NCBI RefSeq assembly: GCF_004010195.1
Contig: NC_057759.1
Span: 1,159,212 to 1,223,211 of the forward strand
Direction of reading: 5' to 3'
Length of the DNA: 64,000 nucleotides
Origin: Chiloscyllium plagiosum
Lineage: Eukaryota
Notes under the pieces: model-generated
What the model was told of the DNA's origin: nothing
Database searches by the model: none
Seen by the model: the letters and a program-made list of their open reading frames with translations, nothing else
Program-made: the position numbers and the translations under genes
In this document: piece by piece, positions 13,101-27,590 of the stretch
Layout of the letters: every line of letters starts with the position of its first letter
Position numbering within the stretch: position 1 is the stretch's first letter

Positions 13101-13599
13101 TTAACCACCTGCTATAAACATAACTCTGCTGATTAAAAATTAACTGCCTTCTTTTTCACTGCAAAAAACCTGACGTGTTTCCTTCCTGCTGCACCATTAG
13201 AGTGAGCTGTAAATGAAGAAAAGACATTTTACCAACGGTACATATCTAAATGAATTGTGAGAGGATGCAAAGGGAGATTTACCAGCATATTGCCTTAGGG
13301 GCAGGAGAGTTTGAGTGATTGGGAGAGATTGGACAGACTGGGGTTGTTGTCCTTACAGCAGATAGATTGAAAGAGAGGGATGTATAAAATGATGAGGGAT
13401 GAAGATAGTGGAGGCAGGAAGAAACTTTCCCGCTTAACGGAGGTGGGGTAAGGGTACAGATTGAAGATAAGGATCAGGAGGTTTCGAGGGAATGTGAGGA
13501 AAATCTTGCACACTCAGAGGGTGGTGTGTAATCTGGAAGTCACTGCCCGTAATGATGGGAGACGCAGAAACACTCATCACATTGAAGGAGGATTTAGAT

Positions 13600-15217
13600 G
13601 AGTCAAACATTAAGATTGACAAGTCGCCAGGCCCAGACCAGATTTGTCCTCAGCTGCTTTGGGAATTGACAAGTCGCCAGGCCCGGACCAGATTTGTCCT
13701 CAGCTGCTTTGGGAAACGAGAAATGCAATCGCTTCGCCACTTGCAAAGATCTTTGCATCCTAGCTCTCTACTGGAGTCGTACCTGAGGACTGGAGAGAGG
13801 AAATGTAATTCCTCTCTTCAAGAAAGGAAATAGGGAAATCCCTGGCAATTACAGACCAGTAAGTCTCACGCCTGTCGTCTGCAAGGTGTTAGGAAGGATT
13901 TTGAGGGATAGGATTTATGACCATCTGGAAGAGTATGGCTTGATTAAATACAGTCAACACGGCCTTGTGAGGGGCAGGTCATGCCTCACAAACTTTATCG
14001 AGTTCTTTGAAGATGTGACTAGAAAGGTTGATGAGGGTCGTGCTGTGGATGTGGTGTATGTGGACTTCAGCAAGGCATTTGATAAGGTTCCCCATGGTAG
14101 GCTCATTCAGAAGGTCAGGACGAATGGGATACAGGGAAACCTAGCTGTCTGGGTATAGAATTGGCTGGCCAACAGAAGACAGCAGTGGTAGTAGAAGGAA
14201 AATATTCTGCCTGCAAGTCAGTGGTGAGTGGTGTTCCACAGGGCTCTGTCTTTGATAAGGTTCCCCATGGTAGGCTCATTCAGAAGGTCAGGAGGAATGG
14301 GATACAGGGAAACCTAGCTGTCTTGGTATAGAATTGGCTGGCCAACAGAAGACGGCAGTGGTAGTAGAAGGAAAATATTCTGCCTGCAAGTCAGTGGTGA
14401 GTGGTGTTCCACAGGGCTCTGTCGTTGGGCTCTACTGTTTGTAATTTTTATTAATGACGTGGATGAGGGGATTGAAGGATGGGTCAGCAAGTTTGCAGAC
14501 GACACATAGGTTGGAGGTGTCGTTGACAGTATAGAGGACTGTTGTAGGCTGCAACATGACATTGACAGGATGCAGGGATGGGCTGAGTGGTGGCAGATGG
14601 AGTTCAACCTGAATAAATGTGAGGTGATGCATTTTGGAAGGTCGAATTTGAAAGCTGAGTACAGGATTAAGGATAGGATTCCTGGCAGTGTGGAGGAACA
14701 GAGGGATCTGGGTGTGCAGGTACAAAGATCCCTTAAAATGGCCACCCAAGTGGAAAGATTTGTTAAGAAAGCATATGGTGTTTTGGTTTTCATTAACAGG
14801 GGGATTGAGTTTAAGAGTCGTGAGATCTTGTTGCAGCTCTATAAAACTTTGGTTAGACCGCACTTGGAATACTGCGTTCAGTTCTGGTCGCCCTATTATA
14901 GGAAAGATGTGGATGCTTTGGAGATGGTTCAGAGAAAGTTTACCATGATGCTGCCTGGACTGGAGCGCTTATCTTATGAAGAGAGGTTGACTGAACTCGG
15001 ACTTTTTTCATTGGAGAAAAGGAGGAAGAGAGGGGACCTAATTGAGGTATACAAGATAATGAGAGGCATAGATAGAGTCAATAGCCAGAGACTATTTCCC
15101 AGGGCAGAAATGACTAACACGAAGGGTCATAGTTTTAAGCTGGTTGGAGGAAAGTATAGAGGGGATGTCAGAAGCAGGTTCTTTACACAGAGAGTTGTGA
15201 GAGCATAGAATGCGTTG
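13600..15217 (+). mobile_element. 5'-truncated CR1/HER1-type LINE ORF2 (RT), relatively young, private to duplicon A
   Basis: KSPGPDQI, SQHGLVRGRSCLTNFIEFFE, YVDFSKAFDKVPH, WQMEFN, LYKTLVRPHLEYCVQFWSP; absent at the matching site ~44125; internal tandem duplications of ~51 bp (13615-13712) and ~173 bp (14080-14420). Confidence 0.92.
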
Positions 15218-15320
15218 NNNNNNNNNNNNNNNNNNNNNNNNNNNNNNNNNNNNNNNNNNNNNNNNNNNNNNNNNNNNNNNNNNNNNNNNNNNNNNNNNNN
15301 NNNNNNNNNNNNNNNNNNNN
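15218..15320. other. Assembly gap (103 N)
   Basis: Run of n. Confidence 1.
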
Positions 15321-16034
15321 TTGTTTCTGACCAGCACAGACTCAATGGGCCTTTTCCTGGGCTGTAGACCTTACGGAAATTATGACTAACTCACTTTGAG
15401 ATGTGTATTCTGCATTCAAGATACTATCTAACGTGATTTTGTACATTTCATGTTCAAAGATGAGGGGTTTATCTTCAAAAGACAGTTTGAGCAGTTAAGG
15501 CCAATATGCTCTGGAGTTTAGAGGATTAAGGGAGATCCAACTGAGGGCTATAGGGTGGTAGTAGAGGTGGGATTGACAAAGGAGACAGAGAGAGGATATT
15601 TCCTCAGGTGTGACAATTTAAAACGAGAGGGTCATTGTTTCACGAGAAGTGGGTGGGGCAGACTGAAAAGAGAGATGTTGAGAAATGGCTTCTCTCCAAG
15701 GGAGAGGGTGTGGGAATATCTGGAAATTCACCGCCACTGTGTGGGTGCATGTCGGGACACGGAATAAATTGAAGGAGGGGACAGACAGATTGTCAATGAG
15801 TGAGGGGTTAAAGGCAGTGGGAGCAGGAAATTGGAGTTGAGGCTGGGATGAGATCAGTAATAGCCATAAAGAACGAGGGAAGCTGGCTCCCGACGGCTCT
15901 GAGCCCGTATGTTCTATTGGTCGTCCAGCTGCCTGCACACCTTTTAGTGTGGGTAGCTCATAGCACATGCTCAGAAAGCTCTGATTCTGAGGGCCAAAAC
16001 TGTGTATTGCATCACAGGCCATTAGTCACTGAGC

Positions 16035-16900
16035 AGCTATAAGATAGAGCAGCCATTTGGCCCATCAAGCCAGCTATGCCATTCTGGCATGGCTGATATA
16101 TTTGTTAAAAACTATTCTCCTGCCTTCTCTCTGTAACAGTTGATCCTCCTACTGACCAAGAATCTATCTCTGTCTTAAAGACATAATGACAGCCATCTGC
16201 AGTAATGAGTTCCACAGATTCCCCACTGTCTGACTGAAGAAATTCCTCCTCATCTCAGTTTGAAAGGGAGTTCCCTTCACTCTGAGGCTGTGCCTTCGGG
16301 TCCTAGTATTTCCTACTCGTGGAAACACCTTCTCCATGTCCACTCTATCCGGGTCTCTCAATATTCTCCAAATTTCAATCAGATTCTCCCTCACCCTTCT
16401 AAACTCCATCGAGTCCAGACTCAGAGACCTCAACCTCTCCTCATATGCCAAGTTCTTCGTCCTTGGAAGTTTTCTTGTAAACCCCCTCTGGACTCCTTCC
16501 AAGTTCAGCACATCCTTCCTTAGATAGTAGGCCCAGAACTGCTCACAATGTTCCAAATGTGGTCTGACCAGAGCCTTATACAGCCTCAGCAGTACATTCT
16601 TCCTCTAATCCTCTTGAAATGATTGCTAACATTACATTTGCCTTCCTAACTGCCAACCGAATCTGCCTGTTAACCTGAAAAGACTCCCAAGCCCCTTTGT
16701 GCTTCGGATTTCCGAACTCTTTCCCCATTTAGAAAACAGTCTCTGTCTCTGTTCTTCCGACTAAAGTACATAACTTCCCACTTTCCCACATCGTATTCCA
16801 TCTGCCATTTCATTGCCCACTCTCCCAGCCTGTCCAAATCCTTCCGCAGCCTCCCCACTTCCTCGATACTACCTATCCTTCCACTATCTTTGTATCACCA
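16035..16900 (-). mobile_element. CR1-clade LINE 3' fragment (paralogue 44730-45225)
   Basis: KWQMEYDVGK, EHCEQFWAYYLRKDVLNLEGVQRGFT, MRRNFFSQ. Confidence 0.85.
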
Positions 16901-17285
16901 AAGAAACACTCAGGGCAATGAAATGGCAGTGCTCCTCATGTGAATGATGCTAGACCCAGAGTGAATGGCTTCTTGCCCCAAAGACCAAGGCCAGAAGGGG
17001 CCACTCTTAGACATTAAGCTGTTGTACTGGGGCAATCTACAGATTGATGTCCCAGGGCCTAAAATTTAGGCATCCTATCAAAATAAAATGAAATGAAAAG
17101 CAATTAGCCATCAGTGTAACGTTTCCTATTCCAATTCACATTGCCCTGTTGTTAATTTAGTTGACATGGATGGAACATGTCTATGATTTAATTGATTGCA
17201 AACACTATCAATTATTTACAAACTCAAATGATGTAAAAAGCTTGGGCCGATCATCGCTCCATGCTATAAGCAAAGGAAACACTAG

Positions 17286-19295
17286 AGTCATAGAGAGGTA
17301 CAGCTCAGAAGCAGACCCTTATGTCCAACCCTTCTATGCCGACCCGATATCCCAAACCCAAGCTAGTCCTACATGCCAGCACCTGGCCCATATCCCTCCA
17401 AATCATTCCTATTTTTATACCCATCCAGACGCCTTTTATATATTGCAATTGTACGAGCCTCCACCACTTCCTCTGGCAGTTCATTCCATTTACGTACCAC
17501 CCTCACCATGAAAAACTTGCCTCTCAGGCCTCTTTTATCTCTTTTCCTTCTCACCATAAGCCTATACCCTCCTGTTCTGGACTCCTCCACGCAGGGATCA
17601 GACTTTGTCTATTTATCCTATCCATGCCTCTCATGATTTTGTAAACCTCTATAATGACACCCCTCAGCCTCCGTCGCTCCAGGGAAAACAGCCCTTGCTT
17701 ATTCAACCTCTCCCTATAGCTCAAATCCACCAACCCGCACAACATCCTTGTAAATCTTTTCTGCATACCAAACGCCTTCTTCACTATCCTATCTACCTGT
17801 GACTCCACTTTTAAGGAGCTATGAACCTGCACTCCAAGATCTCTTTATTCAGCAACACTCCCTAGGACCTTACCATTAAGTGTATAAGTCCTGCTAAGAT
17901 TTGCTCTCACAAAATGCAACACCTCACATTTAGCTTTCTCAGCCTATTGGCCCATCTGATCAAGATCCCATTGTAATCCGAGATAACCTTCTTCGCTGTC
18001 CACTACACAGTCAGTTTTGGTGTCATCTGCAAACTTACGAACTATATCTCTTATGCTCACATCCAATCATTTATATAAATGAAAAACATTGTGGACCCAG
18101 CGCAGATCCTTGTGGCACTCCACTGGTCACAGGCCTCCAGTTTGAAACACAGCCCTCCACCACCACCCTCTGTCTTCCACCTTTGACCCAGTTCTGTATC
18201 CAAATGGCTAGATCTCCCTGTATTCCATGAGATCTAACCTTGCTAGCCAGTCCCCCATGGGGAATCTTGTTGAATGCCTGACTGAAGTCCACATAGAGCG
18301 AATCTACCGCTCTGTACTCATGAATCCTCTTTGTTACTTCTTCAAAAAACTCAATCAAGTTGGTGAGAAATGGTTTCCCATCCACAAAGCCATGTTGATT
18401 ATCTCTAATCAGTCCTGCCTTTTCAAATACATGTACATCCTGTCCCTCAGGATTCTCCCCAACAACTTGCCCACCACCGATGTCAGGCTCACTGGTCTAT
18501 AGTTCCCTGGCTTGTCCTTACCACCTTTCTTAAACAGTTGCACCACGTTAGGCAACCTCCAGTCTTCGGGTCCCCGCCTGTAACTATCGACTATACAAAT
18601 ATCTCAGCAAGAGGTCCAGCAATTACTTCCCTCGCTTCCCACAGAGTTCTAGGGTACACCTGATCAGGTCCTGGGGACTTAGCCACTTATATGCATTTCA
18701 CGACATCCAACATTTCCTTCTCTGTAATATGGACATTTTTCAAGATGTTACCATCTATTTCCCTACATTCGATACCTTCCATGTCCTTTTCCACAGTAAA
18801 TCCTGAGGCAAAATACTCGTTTAGTATCTCTCCCATCTCAAGCAACTCTACACAAAGGCCTTGCTGATCTTTGAGGGGCCTTATTCTCTCCATAGTTACC
18901 CTTTTGTCCTAATTGTACATGTAAAAACCCTTAGGTTTCAACTTAACACTATTTGCCAAAGCCACCTCATGTCGCCTTTTTGCCCTCCTGATTTCTCTCT
19001 TAAGTGTACTCCGACTGCCCTTATTCTCTCCTAAGGATTCACTCAATCTATCCTGTGTATATCTGACATATGCTTCCTTCTTTTTCTTAACCAAAACCTC
19101 AAATTCTTCAGTCATCCATCATTCCCTATACCTATCAGCCTGTCCTTTCACCCTAACAAACATATACTTTCACTGGACTCTCGTTATCTCAGTTCTGAAG
19201 GCTTCCCATTTTTCAGCTGTCTCTTTACCTGTGAACATCTGTGCCCATTCAACTTTTGAAAGTTCTTGCCGAATACTGTCAAAATTGGCCTTCTT
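17286..19295 (-). mobile_element. 5'-truncated CR1 LINE with 6-bp TSD, private to duplicon A
   Basis: RT motifs LTNLIEFFEEV, VDFSQAFNKIPHG, SGVPQGS; CACTAG at 17280..17285 and 19296..19301; empty site aacactggtgatg at ~45620. Confidence 0.9.
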
Positions 19296-21123
19296 CACTA
19301 GCGATGTTTAAACATGGCTGGGATTTAGAGGGTTAAAATAAACTCAAGAAAATCTCCGCTTTCACTGAACCAGAAATGTTATGAAAGTATATATATACTG
19401 CATCCTTTACCAGCATTTCTTATTTTTGAGATGGTGAAAACTGAGTACACCAAACTGCTATCCATTTTGGAGTCACCTATAATCAAGAAACAATAAGCAA
19501 AATGAACTGAAAGGTTAGAGATCAGAATGTCAAACCAACAGCAAACGATGCCTCAAAGTTAAGTACGGAGTGATAATTAAGGTCACAGCCCCAACCCAGC
19601 AGCAATACAAACCTAAGCGCTTGGCTGTTTGTTAACCATAGAGTCATTGAGATGTACAGCATGGAATCTGAGGTAACCTTCCTCGCTATCCACGACACCT
19701 CCAATTTTGGTGTCATCAGCAAACTTACTAACTGTACCTCTTATGCTCACATCCAAATCATTTGTGTAAATGACAAAAAGTAGTGAACCCAGCACCAATC
19801 CTTGTGGCACTCCACTGGTCACAGGCCTCCAGTCTGAAAAACAACCCCCCACCACCACCCACCTTTGAGCCAGTTCTGAATCCAAATGGCTAGTTCTCCT
19901 TGTATTCCTTGAGATCTAACCTTGCTAAGCAGTCTCCCATGGGGAACCTTGTCGAATGCCTTACAGAAGCCCATATATATCACATCTACCACTATACCCT
20001 CATCAATCCTGTTTTTTACTTCTTCAAAAAACTCAATTAAGTTTGTGAGACATGATTTCCCACGCACAAAGCCATGTTGACTATCCCGAATCAGTCCTTG
20101 CCTTTCCAAATACATGTACATCCTGTCCCTCAGGATTCCTTCCAACAACTTGCCCACCACTAACATCAGGCTCACTGGTTTATAGTTCCCTGGCTTGCCT
20201 TTACCACCCTTCTTAAACAGTGGTACCACGTTAGCCAACCTCCAGTCTTCAGGCACCTCACCTGTGACTATCGATGATACAAATATCTCAGCAAGAGGCC
20301 CAGCAATCACTTCTCTAGCTTACTACAGAGTTCTATGTTATATCTGATCATGTCCTGGGGAATTATCCACCGTTATGCATTTCAAAACATCCAACACCTG
20401 CTCCTCTGTAATATGGACATTTTGCAAGGAGTCACCATCTATTTCCCTACATTCTGTATCTTCCATATCATTTTCCACAATAAATAATGATGCAAAAAAC
20501 TCGTTCAGTATCTCCCCCATTTTCTGTGGCTCCACACAAAGGTCACCTTGCAGATCTTTGAGGGGCCCTATTCTCTCCCTAGTTACCCTTTTGTCTTTAA
20601 TGTATTTGTAAAAAAACCTTTGGTTTCACCTTAACACTATTTGCCAAAGCCACCTCATGTCCTCTTTTTGCCCTCTTGATTTCTCTCTTAAGTATACTCC
20701 TGCCTTTGCACTCTCCTTAGGATTCTCAATCTATCTTGTCTATACCTGACATATGCTTCCTTCTTTTTCTTAACCAACCCCACAATTTCTTTTGTCATTC
20801 AGCATTCCCCATACCTACCAGCCTTTCCTTTCATCCTGACGGAATATACTTTCTCTGGATTCTCGTTATCTCATTTCTGAAGGCTTCTGAAGGCTTCCCA
20901 TTTTCCAGCCGCCCCTTTACCTGCGAACATCTGCCCCCAATCAGCTTTTGAAAGTTTTTGACTAATAACTTAAAAATTTGCCTTTCTACATTTTGCAAGG
21001 AGTCACCATCTATTTCCCTACATTCTGTATCTTCCATATCATTTTCCACAATAAATAATGATGCAAAAAACTCGTTTAGTATCTCCCCCATTTTCTGTGG
21101 CTCCACACAAAGGTCACCTTGCT

Positions 21124-21320
21124 GAGACCAGGAGGCATGTGCAGTAAGTCAGCATCACAGTGAGGCAGACTGGGAGGATTGTGCAGAAAGTAAGCATCAC
21201 AGTCAAGCACTCCGAGAGGAGTGTGCAATAAGTTAGCATCACATTGAAGCAGACAGGGAGGAGTGTGCAGTAAATCAGCATCTCACTGAAGCAGTCTGGG
21301 AGAAGTGTGCAGTAAGTCAA
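21124..21320. repeat. Minisatellite, ~42-bp unit, ~5 copies
   Basis: gtgtgcagtaagtcagcatcacagtgaagcagactgggagga repeated with variation. Confidence 0.85.
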
Positions 21321-21330
21321 AAAATAAAGT

Positions 21331-21653
21331 GGGTGGCACGGTGGTACAGTGGTTAGCACTGCTGCCTCACAGCGCCAGAGACCCGGGTTCAATTCCCACC
21401 TCAGGCGACTGACTGTGTGGAGTTTGCACGTTCTCCCCGTGTCTGCGTGGGTTTCCTCCGGGTGATCCGGTTTCCTCCCACAATCCAAAAATGTGCAGAT
21501 TAGGTGAATTGGCCATGCTAAATTGTCCGTAGTGTTAAGTGAAGGGGTAAATGTAGGAGAATGGGTCTGGGTGGGTTACACTTTGGCGGGTCAGTGTGGA
21601 CTTGTTGGGCCGAAGGGCCTGTTTCCACACTGTCAGTAATCTAATCTAATCTA
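21331..21653 (+). mobile_element. HE1-type V-SINE, full length
   Basis: tRNA-derived head (tggtacagtggttagc; ggttcaattcc), V-domain, LINE-like tail gggcctgtttccacactg + (taatc)n. Confidence 0.92.
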
Positions 21654-22127
21654 AAATTTAGAACTTCAACTTTTAGATCTGGTCTATCCTTTTCCATCAC
21701 TATGCACGCTGGCCCCAAAGTGCTCGCCCACTGACACCACAGTCACCTGCCCCGCCTTATTTCCCAAGAGTAGGTACATCCACATACTGAATCAGATTTT
21801 TTTTTGCACACATTTAACAAATTCCTCTCTATCTAAACCCTTAACACTATGGCAGTCCCAGTGTATGTTTGGAAAGTTAAAATCCCCTACCATAACCACC
21901 CTATTATTCTTCCAGATAGTTGAGATCTCCTTACAAGTTTGTTTCTCAATATTCCTCTGACTATTAGGTGGTCTACAATATAATCCCAATAAGGTGATCA
22001 TCCCTTTCTTATTTCTCAGTTCCACCCAAATAACTTTCCTGGATGTATTTCCAGAAATATCCTCCCTTAGCACAGCTTTAATGCTATCCCTTATCAAAAA
22101 TACCACTCCCCCTCCTCTCTTGCCTCC

Positions 22128-24698
22128 CTTTCTATCCTTCCTGTAGCATTTGTATCCTGGAACATTAAGCTGCCAGTCCTGCCCACCCCTGAGCTATGTT
22201 TCTGCAATTGCAATGAAATCCTAGTCCAATGTTCCTAACCATCTGCCTTCCCCGTTAGGTCCCTTGCATTGAAATAAATGCACTTTAATTTATTAGTCCT
22301 ACCTTGGCCCTGCCTGCCCTCACTGTTTGACTCTCTTCTGTTCCCAACTGTACCAGTCATAGATTGATCTCTTTCATCACTATCTCCCTCTACTAAAGAC
22401 CATTTTCGCTCCTTCACAACCTATAGACCCATAAAATAACATTGTCATATTCCTCTATAAAACACTGCCCCAGGTAAAATTATTAGTAACAGCTTATATT
22501 TTAAGTTTAATCAAGAGACGTATCTCAATAAACATATAATCAAGAAAGAACCCACTCTACTCAGTAGTGCTGACTTTCTTTAGGCCACTTAAAATAATTA
22601 ACTTATCTGATTCTGTGCTGTGAACTTCACCCAAACAGTTCCTCCAAAATCAGTTGTGAATTTCACTGTTGGTTCATTTTCTCAGACACACTCCAATATC
22701 CAGCGATACATGAATTCAAACAGCAAAGGCAGTACCGTGCAGGTTCACTCTGGTGTCAGTTTCTGTCTCTCTCTCTCTCGCCTGCACTGACCTCATCATG
22801 TCCTTCCTTTGACTGTTTGCCTCCCTGTTAAAACTGCTGTTGTTTTGACATTTTTTCCCCAAAGTTCCAAAACAATGCAACAGCATATAAAACAGTAATT
22901 GCTGCTCCTCGAATTTTTTGGAAACCACCTCCAACACCTAAAATACCTCAAAAAAGGAGCAGCTGTTTCCGCCAGAAATTTTTCCCGTCCTCCATCTTGG
23001 ATTACCCAGAATCCCACCCTTTGAAAGCAGTTCACGAACCAGGTGACTCAATAACATCGAATGTGTATTTTGCATAAACATTCACTACAAAGTTTGTGCC
23101 CACCCTCCCAGAACAAGCTCACATGGGGAAGGTGGAGGCCCTGGGGTCATTTACATTAAAAAAAAAACTATTATTCACTCATGTTACATGGGCATCACCA
23201 GCTGGGCCCAGCGTTTATTGCCCAACTCATCCCTAGTTGCCACCTTGAGTTGCGGATGAGCTGCATTCTTGAACTGCTGCAGTCCCTGTGCTGTAGATAG
23301 ACACGCATTGTCCTGAGGGAGGGAATTCCAGGATTTTGACCCAATGACACTGAAGGAACATTGTTATATTTCCATATCAGAACACTGAGTGGCCGGAAGG
23401 GGAACTTGTAGAGGGTGGGTGTTTCTATGTAACTGCTGTACTTGTCCTTCTAGATGGAAGTGGTTGTGGGCTTTGAAGGTGCTGCCTGAGGATCTCTGGT
23501 GTATTTCCGCAGTACATGTTGTAGATGGTACACACTGCTGCTACTGAGCATGGGTAGTAGAGGAAGTGGGTGCTTGTGGATGTAATTCCAACCAAGTGGA
23601 GCTGCTTTGTCCCTCGATGATGTCTAGCTTCTCAAGTGTTGTTGGAGCTGCAACCATCTGGACAAGTGGGGAGCATTCCATCACACTTCTTTACATGAAT
23701 ATTCCACATTAATAATCATGGAATCCCCTGCAGTTATCAAGTGGCATTTCCACACATTGGAGCAATTAGTGATTTCAAATAGAAACTGAAAGTCCAAATA
23801 TTTTATTTTCACACATTCCAGATCCACACAATCGAGTGGGTGAAACAATCCACAAATCCCTCTCTAAACCTCTTACCCTTCAGTTTAAAATGAAGTTACG
23901 CCCCCCCTGCCCCCGTTACTGACCCTTCGACTACAGGAAACAGCTGCTTCTTGTCCCTCTGTCCACGTCCCTCATACTAGAATCATAGAGTCACACAGCA
24001 AGGAAACAGACCCTTTGGTCCAACTAGTTCATGCCATCCATAATCTCAAATTAAACTTGTCCCACTTGTTTGCACTTGGCCCATTTCTCTCCCAACCTTT
24101 CCTACTGTTGTACTTATTGAAGTGTCTTTTAAACATTGTAACTGTCCCCATATCTGCCAATTCCTCTGGAAGTTGAATCCACACGTGAACCACTCTCCGT
24201 TAAAAAAAACGTTGCCCCTCATGTCATTTTTAAAAAGGTTTCTCCTCTCACCATAAAAATATGTCCCCTGGTCTTGAAGTCCCCCACTCTTGGGAAAAGA
24301 CACCTGCCATACACCTCATCTATGCCCATCGTGATTTCATAAACCTCTATACTCCTCACACTTCTATGGTCCTGTGAAAACAGACTCAGCCCATCCATGT
24401 CTCCCTCCCCTAACAACCTTCTCTGTTGTAAAACTTCCTTCCAACGTTTCCAGAAAGAGATTTGTCTTTTGTAGATCTTCCCAATCAAATGAATTGTGAC
24501 GGTGTAGGATAAGCAGCTCAGATTCATACTCACCGTTCAATCAACTTGACCTGATCTCTGCATGTTCAACCTTTTTTGCAGGTCTACTCTCACTTGCATC
24601 ATGAGCTCGATTTCCCATCATCTCCCCTGAAATATTTACAAACCATTACCCAACCAAGTTCCAATCCCCACTCTTGACAACAATTTGCTGCTGTTTGC
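22128..24698 (+). repeat. Near-identical tandem duplicate of 26698..29266
   Basis: Essentially base-for-base match; identical ORF translations 24046/28614 and 24219/28787. Confidence 0.95.
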
Positions 24699-27590
24699 AC
24701 GATCCAGGGAAAACAACCCCAGCCTGTTCAGCCTCTCCCTATAGCTCAAATCCTCCAACCTTGGCAACATCTTTGTAAATCTTTTCTGACCCCTTTCAAG
24801 TTTCTCAACAAAACACCTTTCCGATAGGAAGGAGACTAGAATTGCACACAATATTCCATCAGCTGCCTAACCAATGTTCTGCACAGTCGCAAAATGACCT
24901 CCTAACTCCTGTACTCAATACTCTGACCAATAAAATAAAGCATACCAAACAGCTTCTTCACTATCCTATCTACCTGCGACTCCACTTTCGAGGAACTATG
25001 AACCTACATTCCAAGGTCTCTTTGTTCAGCAACACTCCCTAGGACCTCACCATTAAGTCTGTAAGTCCTGCTAAGATTTGCTTTCCCAAAATGCAGCACC
25101 TCGCATTTATCTGAATTAAACTCCATTTGTCACTTCTCAGCTCATTGGCCCATCTGGTTAAGATCCTGTTGTAATCTGAGGTAACCTTCCTCGCTGCCCA
25201 CGACACCTCCAATTTTGGTATCATCAGCAAACGTACTAACTGTACCTCTTATGTTCACATCCAAATCATTTGTGTAAATGACAAAAATTAGTGAACCCAG
25301 CACCAATCCTTGTGGCACTCCACTGGTCACAGGCCTCCAGTCTGAAAAACAAGCCCCCACCACCACCCACCTTTGAGCCAGTTCTGTATCCAAATGGCTA
25401 GTTCTCCCTGTATTCCTTTAGATCTAACCTTGCTAGCAGTCTCCCATGGGGAACCTTGTCGAATGCCTTACAGAAGCCTATATATATCACATCTACCACT
25501 ATACCCTCATCAATCCTGTTTGTTAATTCTTCAAAAAACTCAATCAAGTTTGTGAGACATGATTTCCCACGCACAAAGCCATGTTGACTATCCCGAATCA
25601 GTCCTTGCCTTTCCAAATACGTGTACATCCTGTTCCTCAGGATTCCTTCCAAAAACTTGCCCACCACCAACATCAGGCTCACTGGTCTATAGTTCCCTGG
25701 CTTGCCTTTACCACCCTTCTTAAACAGTGGTACCACGTTAGCCAACCTCCAGTCTTCAGGCACCTCACCTGTGACTATCGATGATACAAATATCTCAGCA
25801 AGAGGCCCAGCAATCACTTCTCTAGCTTACTACAGAGTTCTCAGGTACACCTGATCAGNNNNNNNNNNNNNNNNNNNNNNNNNNNNNNNNNNNNNNNNNN
25901 NNNNNNNNNNNNNNNNNNNNNNNNNNNNNNNNNNNNNNNNNNNNNNNNNNNNNNNNNNNNNNNNNNNNNNNNNNNNNNNNNNNNNNNNNNNNNNNNNNNN
26001 NNNNNNNNNNNNNNNNNNNNNNNNNNNNNNNNNNNNNNNNNNNNNNNNNNNNNNNNNNNNNNNNNNNNNNNNNNNNNNNNNNNNNNNNNNNNNNNNNNNN
26101 NNNNNNNNNNNNNNNNNNNNNNNNNNNNNNNNNNNNNNNNNNNNNNNNNNNNNNNNNNNNNNNNNNNNNNNNNNNNNNNNNNNNNNNNNNNNNNNNNNNN
26201 NNNNNNNNNNNNNNNNNNNNNNNNNNNNNNNNNNNNNNNNNNNNNNNNNNNNNNNNNNNNNNNNNNNNNNNNNNNNNNNNNNNNNNNNNNNNNNNNNNNN
26301 NNNNNNNNNNNNNNNNNNNNNNNNNNNNNNNNNNNNNNNNNNNNNNNNNNNNNNNNNNNNNNNNNNNNNNNNNNNNNNNNNNNNNNNNNNNNNNNNNNNN
26401 NNNNNNNNNNNNNNNNNNNNNNNNNNNNNNNNNNNNNNNNNNNNNNNNNNNNNNNNNNNNNNNNNNNNNNNNNNNNNNNNNNNNNNNNNNNNNNNNNNNN
26501 NNNNNNNNNNNNNNNNNNNNNNNNNNNNNNNNNNNNNNNNNNNNNNNNNNNNNNNNNNNNNNNNNNNNNNNNNNNNNNNNNNNNNNNNNNNNNNNNNNNN
26601 NNNNNNNNNNNNNNNNNNNNNNNNNNNNNNNNNNNNNNNNNNNNNNNNNNNNNNNNNNNNNNNNNNNNNNNNNNNNNNNNNNNNNNNNNNNNNNNNNTTT
26701 CTATCCTTCCTGTAGCATTTGTATCCTGGAACATTAAGCTGCCAGTCCTGCCCACCCCTGAGCTATGTTTCTGCAATTGCAATGAAATCCTAGTCCAATG
26801 TTCCTAACCATCTGCCTTCCCCGTTAGGCCCCTTGCATTGAAATAAATGCACTTTAATTTATTAGTCCTACCTTGTCCCTGCCTGCCCTGACTGTTTGAC
26901 TCTCTTCTGTTCCCAACTGTACCAGTCATAGATTGATCTCTTTCCTCACTATCTCCCTCTACTAAAGACCATTTTCGCTCCTTCACAACCTATAGACCCA
27001 TAAAATAACACTGTCCTATTCCTCTATAAAACACTGCCCCAGGTAAAACTATTAGTAACAGCTTATATTTTAAGTTTAATCAAGAGACATATCTCAATAA
27101 ACATATAATCAAGAAAGAACCCACTCTACTCAGTACTGCTGACTTTCTTTAGGCCACTTAAAATAATTAACTTATCTGATTCTGTGCTGTGAACTTCGCC
27201 CAAACAGTTCCTCCAAAATCAGTTGTGAATTTCACTGTTTGTTCATTTTCTCAGACACACTCCAATATCCAGCGATACATGAATTCAAACAGCAAAGGCA
27301 GTACCGTGCAGGTTCACTCTGGTGTCAGTTTCTGTCTCTCTCTCTCTCGCCTGCACTGACCTCATCATGTCCTTCCTTTGACTGTTTGCCTCCCTGTTAA
27401 AACTGCTGTTGTTTTGACATTTTTTCCCCAAAGTTCCAAAACAATGCAACAGCATATAAAACAGTAATTGCTGCTCCTCGAATTTGAGGAAACCACCTCC
27501 AACACCTAAAATACCTCAAAAAAGGAGCAGCTGTTTCAGCCAGAAATTTTTCCCGTCCTCCATCTTGGATTGCCCAGAATCCCACCCTTT
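24699..27590 (-). mobile_element. Second copy of the 19635-23020 CR1 LINE, spanning a gap
   Basis: 25174..25858 matches 19666..20345; 26698..27590 matches 22128..23020. Confidence 0.88.
25859..26697. other. Assembly gap (839 N)
   Basis: Run of n. Confidence 1.

Larger units (their letters stand above)
19635..23020 (-). mobile_element. CR1 LINE (5' UTR-like region, APE endonuclease, RT), internally deleted and interrupted
   Basis: LKCIYFNAR, VIWVELRN, YCRPPNS, MVGDFNFPNIHW, WRLANVVPLFKKG, KFADDTKIGG; no esterase ORF1 visible. Confidence 0.88.

Noticed and set aside
14570-15208. 212-aa ORF, the longest gap-free ORF
   Set aside because: C-terminal part of CR1 ORF2 in a truncated, disrupted element; not a host gene
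21331-21405. tRNA-like sequences at SINE heads
   Set aside because: Each continues into the V-domain and LINE-like tail; they are SINE promoters, not tRNA genes
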